Origin: Bdellovibrionales bacterium
Lineage (GTDB): Bacteria; Bdellovibrionota; Bdellovibrionia; Bdellovibrionales; UBA1609
DNA length: 64,000 bases
Reading direction: 5' to 3'
Assembly: GCA_027459485.1 (NCBI GenBank)
Contig: DAIDIG010000012.1
Coordinates: forward strand, 714-64,713
The number at the start of each line of letters is the position of its first letter. The first letter of the stretch is position 1. Of this stretch, positions 1-7,861 are shown one piece after another. Both the position numbers and the translations under genes were made by a program. The notes under the pieces are model-generated. The model was not told where the DNA came from and ran no database searches. It saw only the letters and a list, made by a program, of their open reading frames with translations.

Positions 1-79
1 TTCACGCACACCTGCCCTCGTCGGCTCGCCCGAACAACAGGGGTTCGCTGCACCGGGCGCCGCACAGGTCAGAGGCGGG

Positions 80-1273
80 ATGAAGCCGGTACCCCCGACG
101 TTTTTAGCCTATGCACAAAGGTACGCAGAAGACGTTGTGCTACCTGGAGTTTACCGCCTCGGCGAGCTCATGGAATTCCGCTGGGTCCTCGCTTTGTTTG
201 TGGGGTGCTTCATTATTTTGGTCACTTCACTTTCTACAATACCGCTCATGCGGATTTTAAAAGCGAGCATCGAGCAAGAGGCTCACAATCACGCACTCAC
301 AATCGCGCGCAATTTGGCGCAAGTGAACCGCGGGCCTTTGCAACAGGGTCTTTCAACATCAGTATCGGTTGACCCAGCCATGCGCGAACCGGGTGTTGAC
401 CGCGCGTACGTGATCTCGAGCATCAATCAACAAATCATTGCCCCCGTTCAACAAACCGGCCAATACGTCACGGATATTCCGTTCGTCAACACGGCTGTCA
501 AAAGCGACAGCGAATCAGTCGACCAAATTGACAGCAACAAAGTCGCCGCCGTCGTGCCTATTCGATATTACAACGCGGGTACCGGCAGCGACACGACGGC
601 CGCTTATGCTGTTGTCATATTTAATATGGGGACACTCGCCGTCGATAACGGCCGCACCCTCAGTTTATTTATTGAAATTTTATTTATCGCCGTATTACTC
701 GGCCTGATTCTCTACTTTTTTATGTATCGTTTGATTCGCCAGCCCCTTGTTGAAACGAACAAACATTTGGTGGACGCGATGGCGCCTGGGCACTCCGGTA
801 ATGTCACCTCTCCTTATCTATTCGACGAGCTTCAGGTTCTTATTACGAATATAAACAATCTTCTCCACAGACAGGTCGGCGGATTCGGCGAGGATAATTT
901 AAAAAAGATCGAAGCCGATCGCGGCCCTGAAATGCAAAACATCGTCAATGTCGTGGGTTTCCCGGCCTTGACCGTCCAGGCCCATGACCGAGTGATCTCG
1001 GCTGTTAACGAACACTTTCTTAATAAGATTGCCCAAAATCAACAATGGGTCGGAATCACGGTCGACCAAATATTAGATCAAGCCCTGAAGCTGAATGTGT
1101 CGAGTCTATTAGAAAAAGTAGCGGCCGCCCCGTCTCAAGTAGCCAATGATCAACTCGAGATCGCAAACGAGAACTATGAAATTTCGGCGCAGGGTATTCA
1201 GGGGGCGACATCAATTGCCTATGTACTTCTCGTCTTTATACCGGCGACCAAGGAGGACCAAGCCAGTGCGTGA
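80..1273 (+). CDS. Sensor-like membrane protein (TM - extracytoplasmic domain - TM - HAMP-like linker - C-terminal domain of unknown function), no recognisable output domain
   Basis: 397-aa ORF. Two hydrophobic segments (WVLALFVGCFIILVTSL and LFIEILFIAVLLGLILYFF) flank an approximately 150-aa region. A HAMP-like stretch follows (YRLIRQPLVE...DELQVLITNINNLL). The reading frame has no stop between position 2 and 80, so the real N-terminus may lie upstream of the window. Confidence 0.6.
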   Translation: MKPVPPTFLAYAQRYAEDVVLPGVYRLGELMEFRWVLALFVGCFIILVTSLSTIPLMRILKASIEQEAHNHALTIARNLAQVNRGPLQQGLSTSVSVDPAMREPGVDRAYVISSINQQIIAPVQQTGQYVTDIPFVNTAVKSDSESVDQIDSNKVAAVVPIRYYNAGTGSDTTAAYAVVIFNMGTLAVDNGRTLSLFIEILFIAVLLGLILYFFMYRLIRQPLVETNKHLVDAMAPGHSGNVTSPYLFDELQVLITNINNLLHRQVGGFGEDNLKKIEADRGPEMQNIVNVVGFPALTVQAHDRVISAVNEHFLNKIAQNQQWVGITVDQILDQALKLNVSSLLEKVAAAPSQVANDQLEIANENYEISAQGIQGATSIAYVLLVFIPATKEDQASA

Positions 1274-2228
1274 ACTTGCGGCTGCCCCTCAAGTCGTTCA
1301 TACGCTCACGGTACTCAGCGGACCCGATCGCGGTTCTGTATATAAACTGATCTCAGGCCGCATCACGATCGGACGCGGGGCCGAAAACACGATCGTAATT
1401 CATGACGACCCGAAAGTCAGCCGTCAACACGCGCTTGTCGTCGTCGGGCCTAGCAGCGTGCACATAACCGACTCCACTGGACGCGATCGCCTAATCGTAA
1501 ATAATCAAGTGGCGAAAGCATGCGAACTTCAGTCGGGCGCTATCATTCAAATCGGCGACACAAAGCTCATGTTCAAAGCGGCGATCACCAATGTCGTGCA
1601 AGAGACGTCACCTGAGGCGCCCCATCAAGACAACCTACTCAGGCCGCAGTTCCCCAAGACAAAAGCACAGGGGAACCGCCCGTTGTTTTATACAATTTTC
1701 GGCACCGTCCTTCTTCTCATTATATGGATGGCATCGCAAAAAGGTAAAAGACCCGACCCAACCGCTATCGACGGAGATACGCAAATCCAATCAACGATTA
1801 AGACGGACCAAAAAATCGTCAACGATATTGAAGCTGAAAGAATGAAAAACGGGATGAACACACGCCAGTATCAAGAAGCGGACCGGCAGTTCATTCAAGG
1901 TTTTCGTGAATACGAAAAGGGACAATACAGCCAGGCCATTTCGTCGTTTGAGGCGTGCATGACGTTGTTCCCGAATCAACAGGCACCGCTTTACGGCCGC
2001 TGTTACAATTATTTGCAACTTTCGCAAACTCAGTTTCAAGAGCTTATTCAGTACGAACTGCAACTCGGTGCGGAATACAAAGCTCAGGGCCAATACAACG
2101 CTTGCGTCGCCGCTTACCGAAACGTGATGTTCATGGTGAATCAGAATGTGGATTCAGATCAAAAAATTTTCAGTTTGGCACGAGCGGGTCATGACGCTTG
2201 CATCGCACTTGGAGGGCAAGACGACTAA
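1266..2228 (+). CDS. FHA domain-containing membrane protein with C-terminal TPR-like region
   Basis: FHA signature (ITIGRGAENTIVIHDDPKVSRQHALVV...ITDSTGRDRLIVNNQ...IQIGDTKLMF), then a TM segment (LFYTIFGTVLLLIIWMA) and a helical-repeat C-terminus. I chose the GTG at 1266 because AGGAGG at 1252-1257 lies 8 nt upstream and it overlaps the upstream stop (1271-1273). The track's longer ORF from 1146 overlaps the previous gene. Confidence 0.8.
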   Translation: MRELAAAPQVVHTLTVLSGPDRGSVYKLISGRITIGRGAENTIVIHDDPKVSRQHALVVVGPSSVHITDSTGRDRLIVNNQVAKACELQSGAIIQIGDTKLMFKAAITNVVQETSPEAPHQDNLLRPQFPKTKAQGNRPLFYTIFGTVLLLIIWMASQKGKRPDPTAIDGDTQIQSTIKTDQKIVNDIEAERMKNGMNTRQYQEADRQFIQGFREYEKGQYSQAISSFEACMTLFPNQQAPLYGRCYNYLQLSQTQFQELIQYELQLGAEYKAQGQYNACVAAYRNVMFMVNQNVDSDQKIFSLARAGHDACIALGGQDD

Positions 2229-4213
2229 TGGCGAAAATTAGCGTCTATTTACACGGAGAATTGATTTCTGAACTGGAGTTCGCTCCGGGTCAGGAATACT
2301 TTGCCGGCCGCGGCTCACAAAGCCAAATTCAATTGGCGAGCGAGCGCGGCATCTCCCGCCAGCACGTCAAATTCTTCGAGCAAGACGGCGTCTGGCACGC
2401 CGAACTCCTTTCGAAATACGGCGGGATGATTCTCGAAAATCAAAACGTCGACCGTATTCTATTAAAAGGCACCATTCGATTTTCGGTGCCGCCGTACGAC
2501 TTTGTCTTCGAAGAGTCCTCGGCGGGGATCGACTTGACGTCACCGATCCACGATATCTCAAAACCAACACCCGATTTGATAGCACCAGAAAATAATGCCG
2601 TTGAAATCGAGCCGAAATCTCCGCCCGCTAAGCCTACTCCGCAAACCACTCCATTTACGGCACCCCAATCTCAGCCACAGGAAGCATTTCGGGATGACCG
2701 AACTATGGTTGCCCAGCCGGCGCGATTGATCCCGTATTTAAAAATCGTCAACAACAAGCTGAAGACAGAAGAAGTTTTGAAACTTGAAGGCAGTACGTGG
2801 CAGGTCGGTCGCAGCAATGAAAATGAAATCGTGATCAACGACAACGCGATCAGCCGCAAACATCTCGAGTTAATTAAAAAGGATATTCAATTCTTTGTGA
2901 TCGATCACGGGTCGTCAAACGGTACGAAGCTGAACGGCCATTCCATCGAACCGGCAAGCCCTCAGCTCATCCAAAGTGGTGATGTTCTCACAGTTCGACA
3001 CCTTGAACTCATTCTTGAGCTTCATAATGCCGAAATTGAAGAAGAAAAATCTCTTTCAATCAAATTCGACGACACCGATTTTGAATTGACTGACGGCGGT
3101 GCGCGTACACCAATGACGACGGACCCAATCGAAGGTGTCGTCATGAAAGTCGACCCCTGGCATTCGAAGGAGCAGCTGAAAAAGCGCGCTTTGCCGTTTG
3201 GTGTCGCCTTCGCGCTCATTCTCGGAATTTATGGGGTTACGCGACCGAACAGCCAACCTCGCGGGAGTAAGAACAACCCCTCAAAAGCGCCGTCGCTGAC
3301 TGTCGAACAACAAAAGCAAGTCGCTGATTTTTTCAATCTCGCTCACAATTACTACACGCAAAGAAAGTATACGTTGTGCCTCTCACAACTGGATCGCATG
3401 AAGCGATTGGCACCGTTCTATTCAAACTCGAAGGAACTCGAAAACCTCTGCGAACAGGGCCAAGAGGATGAAGCACGCGCCCTCGATCGGCAGCGCCGAG
3501 AACAAGAGCAAGAGGCAACACAGGCAAAAATACAGGCCAACGTCGACCAATGCCGAGGCAAGTTGAGCCCATCGATCACCGACGCTCAAATGAGAACGTG
3601 CCTCGACCCGGCGATCGAACTCGATCCAGAAAATCCGATGGTTAAAGATTTGCTTCATCAGGCTGACATACGTGAACAACAAGCAAAGTCACAAATTGAA
3701 CGGGCGCAAGAATATGCCGACCGAAAAGCCGAAGGCAAACGCCTGTTCGACTCGGCTGAGACGGCTTACCGTCGCCGTCAACAACAGCGCGCTCTTGAAC
3801 AATATAGGCAGTTTATGCGCGGCGAATATCCGGGCCTGAACCAAGATGAAGACGTTGCCAAGCGCCGAATCGCTTCGATTGAGCGCACGATTGACCAAAA
3901 AGTCCAAGCGGCGATCAGCGCCTGTCAAAACGATTTCACTAGCGATAATCTCAAGGCCGCTCTGAAGGAATGTGACGCCGCACTCGCCGACCGCCCAAAA
4001 AACGAGCGCGCCGTGGACCTCCGCAAAAGGGCCTACGCGCGTCTCAGCGACGAAATGAAAAATATATATGAAGATAGCGTGCTCGAAGAAAATATGGGTA
4101 ACTTAGATTCAGCCAAAGACAAATGGATGCAGATCGTTCACCACTCCGTCCGCGGCGAAAATTATTACGAGAAAGCTCGCAGTAAGCTGCGAACGTACGG
4201 AGTCGATATTTAA
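2228..4213 (+). CDS. Tandem-FHA membrane protein with long C-terminal coiled-coil/TPR region
   Basis: Two FHA domains (GRGSQSQIQLASERGISRQHVKFF... and VGRSNENEIVINDNAISRKHLEL...DHGSSNGTKLNG) separated by a Pro/Gln-rich linker. A TM segment (ALPFGVAFALILGIYGV) and about 330 aa of charged helical sequence follow. The ATG at 2228 overlaps the TAA of the upstream gene (TAATG). Confidence 0.85.
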   Translation: MAKISVYLHGELISELEFAPGQEYFAGRGSQSQIQLASERGISRQHVKFFEQDGVWHAELLSKYGGMILENQNVDRILLKGTIRFSVPPYDFVFEESSAGIDLTSPIHDISKPTPDLIAPENNAVEIEPKSPPAKPTPQTTPFTAPQSQPQEAFRDDRTMVAQPARLIPYLKIVNNKLKTEEVLKLEGSTWQVGRSNENEIVINDNAISRKHLELIKKDIQFFVIDHGSSNGTKLNGHSIEPASPQLIQSGDVLTVRHLELILELHNAEIEEEKSLSIKFDDTDFELTDGGARTPMTTDPIEGVVMKVDPWHSKEQLKKRALPFGVAFALILGIYGVTRPNSQPRGSKNNPSKAPSLTVEQQKQVADFFNLAHNYYTQRKYTLCLSQLDRMKRLAPFYSNSKELENLCEQGQEDEARALDRQRREQEQEATQAKIQANVDQCRGKLSPSITDAQMRTCLDPAIELDPENPMVKDLLHQADIREQQAKSQIERAQEYADRKAEGKRLFDSAETAYRRRQQQRALEQYRQFMRGEYPGLNQDEDVAKRRIASIERTIDQKVQAAISACQNDFTSDNLKAALKECDAALADRPKNERAVDLRKRAYARLSDEMKNIYEDSVLEENMGNLDSAKDKWMQIVHHSVRGENYYEKARSKLRTYGVDI

Positions 4214-4215
4214 TT

Positions 4216-4902
4216 ATGATCCGGTTTGAAGAAAAATCTTACAGTGCCGGCACATTTCGTCCGCGACCCGAAATTCATATTGAGCCGGACGGCAGCTTGC
4301 TGATTGTCGCGACCCCGTGGGGCGCACGTGCCGCCGCCCGCAAAGCCGTACGCAAGATTCAAGATTATTTCTTATCGATACGTCACGATGTCGAAGCGAC
4401 GTCGCCTTTTTCGCGCCTCGCCTGCCTCTCCGCCATGGGCAATGATTTGCGCGTGGCCGTCAAGCTTGCGAGTGACTCAATTTACAACGAAGACAACCGA
4501 GCCGAATACGTGACCGCAATAGAGCTCTTTGTGCTTGCGCGCAGCCGTGACGAAACGGTTTGGATTCAAGTCGGCCATCCCTTTGCGCTGCTTGATCGCC
4601 CCGGCGAAAATCTGATCTCCCTCGGTGGCCAGCAAGACCTGAGCACAGAGTTTTCAAAGCCAGGTACGGTGCTCTCGCCTCTGCCCACGCGATTTGTGGG
4701 GACCGAAAAGACCAGCGACTTTGCCGTCGAGTCGATCCGGACGCAGCCTGCGGATAAACTGATATTAGTCTCGAGCTCGTTTGTCCCCGCTACGCTTTAT
4801 TCTTTGCCGGAATCCGAACGCACCCTACAATCCATTTCAACCTGTCTCGCGGAGAAAAAGAAAAACCAACCTTTTTGGTTGGGACTTTGTCACTTTTCTT
4901 GA
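4216..4902 (+). CDS. Hypothetical protein, possibly a degenerate (catalytically inactive) PP2C-fold protein
   Basis: 228-aa ORF starting 2 nt after the upstream stop. By-eye resemblance to PP2C motifs with the metal-binding Asp replaced: VATPWGARAAARKAV vs (V)ADGMGGHxxGExAS, VGHPFALL vs VGDSRxYL, LVSSSF vs LCSDGL. Confidence 0.5.
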   Translation: MIRFEEKSYSAGTFRPRPEIHIEPDGSLLIVATPWGARAAARKAVRKIQDYFLSIRHDVEATSPFSRLACLSAMGNDLRVAVKLASDSIYNEDNRAEYVTAIELFVLARSRDETVWIQVGHPFALLDRPGENLISLGGQQDLSTEFSKPGTVLSPLPTRFVGTEKTSDFAVESIRTQPADKLILVSSSFVPATLYSLPESERTLQSISTCLAEKKKNQPFWLGLCHFS

Positions 4903-6557
4903 TACTTCGTCAATGTGCGCGCGAGTTCGACTCGCGAAGGCTCTTGGATGTCCAAGATAGTGTCCCACGGTAGACCGTTGCTGAAGTTTTCGCGCACTAC
5001 TTCGCGCAACAGCTGAACCATTTCAAACTGGCGGGTATTTAAGCGCGAGGCTTCTACTAAACGCGAAAGCTCAGCCCCGACTTGATCCGACAAGCTTGCC
5101 TTTTTGCCCAAGTGCTCTCGAGCCACATATGTCCAAACGGGCTGGTGATAATATTTTCCGAGTCGCTGCAGCCTATGCCAATCTTTTTCTTTGAGCGCGC
5201 GCCACGCCAGCCACCCGGCTATTTGTAAATCGCTCGGGCGCAGATTTAACAGGCGTGACAGTTCGTCGTCGATATCCGGCGACATTTCGTCATCCGAAAA
5301 CAAATCTTCGGCGACAAGAACTTTTGCTCGTAAACCTTCAGGCAAACGATCAAAGGGGGCAAGCTTATATTTTCGAATAATGGTTTCGATCGTGGCAACG
5401 GGCGTCGCGACTTCAGGGTCGTTGGGAGAAATATTCTGCGCTTCAAACCGATCCGTTAACGAATCGAATATCTTGGGGGTATGGTCGTGGATATACAGAA
5501 AATCCCCAAGACGAAAAGCAAAACGAATCGAACCGACCCCCCGCCATTGAGCCCAGCCCGATTCTAATAACAGGGGCCGGTTCTTCGGCCAACTGATCGT
5601 CGGCGCTTCAAGTGCCGGGACAAGTGACACGGCCGGCAAGGCCTGCGGGGACTGCTCAATTTCAACTTTGGTATGAAGCAAATCAAAAAGTGTTGCACCC
5701 AGATCGGCGAGTGAAACATTTGCGTCGATTGACCAACTGTTGCCGCGGTCTTGATCTTTATGGGCCGGCTTAAATAAGAGAAAAACGCGAGTATTTTCAC
5801 TGAAGAGATCAAGCGTGTTGATCTCGCCGCGGTTTTCATCCGGGATACCATTGAGCCCTACGAGAACGATGTTTGTAGCTCGCCACAAACGCCGCGACTT
5901 CAACAATCGAACCAAATCCGATAGTCGACTCATGAAAATATCGATTTGCGAATCGGCCTCGGGTGATTCGGTTGGGAACTGCAAATCCGGAACATAAATG
6001 GTGGCAAAAAAAGGCTGGCCGGGGTGCCTGCCCACCCAGCTACCGAACATTTTGATGGTGCGATTAAAGGGACGATAAAGGCGATGGATGCTCGGTATCA
6101 CATCGTCATCAAATACCTCAAACCCTTTAGCAAGCCCCGACCTTCGAAAAATAGGCGGCCCACCCGAATAAAGGGCGGTCCGATACCCTTGCTGCAACGC
6201 CACTTCACCCAAGGTACGAAAGTGGCCCGAAAGGTAATCCCCCCCGTTGGAGTGAACGTGATGATCAACCGGGTAAAGCCCCGTCAATACGGAAGTCAAT
6301 GCCGGCTGACTCAGCACTGAAGTCGTGTACGCGTGCGTAAAACGGACCCCATCTTTACACAACTGAGACAGACCGTAAGTATAAACCGCGGCATTTTCGT
6401 TACCGGCGCCCGAACAATCGAGTGAGTCGGAGCTTAAATTTTCAACTGCTATGATGAGAAATGACGGTTTTGGCCGGCTTTCAAATACGCATCCCACAAG
6501 CCACGAACAAAGAACTGACAATATGAACAGTTTCAGATGCTTTTGCACGATTTCCAT
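4890..6557 (-). CDS. Sulfatase-like hydrolase/transferase lipoprotein (alkaline phosphatase superfamily)
   Basis: 555 aa. Signal peptide with lipobox (LCSWLVGC). N-terminal FLIIAVENLSSD...HAYTTSVLSQPALTSVLTGLYPVDHHVHSNG is typical of the sulfatase/PEA-transferase fold. SQPAL lacks the Arg of the C/S-x-P-x-R formylglycine motif, so it is probably not a true sulfatase. Confidence 0.75.
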   Translation of the reverse strand: MEIVQKHLKLFILSVLCSWLVGCVFESRPKPSFLIIAVENLSSDSLDCSGAGNENAAVYTYGLSQLCKDGVRFTHAYTTSVLSQPALTSVLTGLYPVDHHVHSNGGDYLSGHFRTLGEVALQQGYRTALYSGGPPIFRRSGLAKGFEVFDDDVIPSIHRLYRPFNRTIKMFGSWVGRHPGQPFFATIYVPDLQFPTESPEADSQIDIFMSRLSDLVRLLKSRRLWRATNIVLVGLNGIPDENRGEINTLDLFSENTRVFLLFKPAHKDQDRGNSWSIDANVSLADLGATLFDLLHTKVEIEQSPQALPAVSLVPALEAPTISWPKNRPLLLESGWAQWRGVGSIRFAFRLGDFLYIHDHTPKIFDSLTDRFEAQNISPNDPEVATPVATIETIIRKYKLAPFDRLPEGLRAKVLVAEDLFSDDEMSPDIDDELSRLLNLRPSDLQIAGWLAWRALKEKDWHRLQRLGKYYHQPVWTYVAREHLGKKASLSDQVGAELSRLVEASRLNTRQFEMVQLLREVVRENFSNGLPWDTILDIQEPSRVELARTLTKYQEK

Positions 6558-6595
6558 TGTGCCAGGTAACGTCTCCTCGTGTCACACATGATATC

Positions 6596-6625
6596 TTGAC
6601 CTCGCAAAACGAGACCAGCGATAAT
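6596..6625 (+). promoter_or_regulatory. Candidate sigma-70 promoter for the tolQ/exbB-like gene
   Basis: TTGACC (6596-6601), 18-nt spacer, GATAAT (6620-6625), about 45 nt upstream of the ATG at 6669, which has a CAGGAGG Shine-Dalgarno. Pattern match only. Confidence 0.35.
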
Positions 6626-6668
6626 TTTTAAACCGAACTCGACGCTTAAGCTCAGGAGGCTCACCGCC

Positions 6669-7295
6669 ATGTTGACGGAAAAGTTTTTTGTTATCGCACA
6701 GGCCGTACACGAGGGTACACTTTGGCTGCTTATATTATTGAGCGTTTTCAGTATCGCCTTTATTATCGAGCGATATTTTTCTTTATCGACTGTTTCGCGA
6801 AAAAGCCTCGCGATGAACAAGCAACTGCAAGAAACACTTCAGTCAAATAATTTGAAAGATATCGAAGATCTTTCGCGCGACAAAGAATCCATCGAAGGGC
6901 GCGCGCTTTCGTATGGCATCCGTCACTCTAAAGAACACGGCTCAAAGGGTCTCGAAGAGGTTTTCGACTCTTACAGTCAGCTCGAGCGTCAAAAACTCGA
7001 ACGGCGCCTCGGTTTTTTGGCTACGGTCGGTTCAAACGCGCCGTTCATCGGTTTGCTCGGCACAGTGTTCGGCATCATGGATGCTTTTCACGGCCTGGCC
7101 ACATCATCTGGCGAGATTCAAGCCGTTCTGATCGGGATTTCAAACGCGCTCGTCGCGACGGCGGCAGGCCTACTTGTGGCCATCCCGGCAGTTGTCGCCT
7201 ACAACTATTTTCAACGTCGCGTTCGTACGATTTTACAAAACCTCGAGAGTACAAAAAGCATTTGTGTCGCTTACGCCAAGGCGTTCAAGCCGTAG
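6669..7295 (+). CDS. MotA/TolQ/ExbB proton-channel family protein
   Basis: 208 aa. Conserved C-terminal half (LATVGSNAPFIGLLGTVFGIMDAF...ISNALVATAAGLLVAIPAVVAYNYF) is diagnostic of TolQ/ExbB. Confidence 0.9.
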   Translation: MLTEKFFVIAQAVHEGTLWLLILLSVFSIAFIIERYFSLSTVSRKSLAMNKQLQETLQSNNLKDIEDLSRDKESIEGRALSYGIRHSKEHGSKGLEEVFDSYSQLERQKLERRLGFLATVGSNAPFIGLLGTVFGIMDAFHGLATSSGEIQAVLIGISNALVATAAGLLVAIPAVVAYNYFQRRVRTILQNLESTKSICVAYAKAFKP

Positions 7296-7328
7296 TCAAC
7301 TTGAGTTCTTAGAGGAGTACTTTGAAAT

Positions 7329-7739
7329 ATGGCAGCTAAAATCGGCGGCGACGACGATCAACCCATAGCAGACATTAACATTGTTCCCTTCGTCGATATC
7401 ATTCTTGTGGTGCTGATCATATTTATGATTTCGACACCGTATATCGTGAAGCCCAGCATTCGAGTGAATTTGCCAAAGGCCGCCAGCGGTGAAGACACGA
7501 AGCCGTCTCAACTCACTGTTTCTATAACGGCCGATGGCAAGGCCTACATTGGCAACAAAAACGTCACCGATGACGAGATTTCAACTTTCGCCCGCGAAGA
7601 AGCCGCCAAGAAACCCGACACCCAAGCTGTCATTTCAGCCGATAAAGACACGCTTCACGGTCGCGTCGTGCAGGTGATCGATCTCATCAAGACCGCAGGC
7701 ATCACCCGGTTCGCGATCACCATCGACAAAAAGCAGTAG
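7329..7739 (+). CDS. ExbD/TolR biopolymer transport protein
   Basis: 136 aa. ADINIVPFVDIILVVLIIFMI TM motif and the typical ExbD/TolR periplasmic domain (ISADKDTLHGRVVQVIDLIKTAGI). Confidence 0.9.
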   Translation: MAAKIGGDDDQPIADINIVPFVDIILVVLIIFMISTPYIVKPSIRVNLPKAASGEDTKPSQLTVSITADGKAYIGNKNVTDDEISTFAREEAAKKPDTQAVISADKDTLHGRVVQVIDLIKTAGITRFAITIDKKQ

Positions 7740-7861
7740 CCTTCAGCCCACACCGAAGTGAAAACTTTTTTGACAGCCATGTAATGACTTCTCGGCTGCC
7801 TCCAAAAATTTGTAATTCGTGAGGCCGCACTTTATCATGGCGCCTAATTTAAACCTGAAAA

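Noticed and set aside
1146-1265. The longer version of the first FHA gene, starting at 1146 as in the ORF track.
   Set aside because: It would overlap the preceding gene by 128 nt and adds an Arg-rich, non-conserved-looking N-terminus. The GTG at 1266 has a near-perfect AGGAGG 8 nt upstream.
6669-7739. Calling these genes tolQ/tolR and the locus a Tol-Pal operon.
   Set aside because: Family membership (MotA/TolQ/ExbB and ExbD/TolR) is clear. However, no ybgC, tolA or tolB is adjacent, and pal/cpoB are about 48 kb away. TolQR and ExbBD cannot be distinguished by eye, so I left the gene symbols blank.
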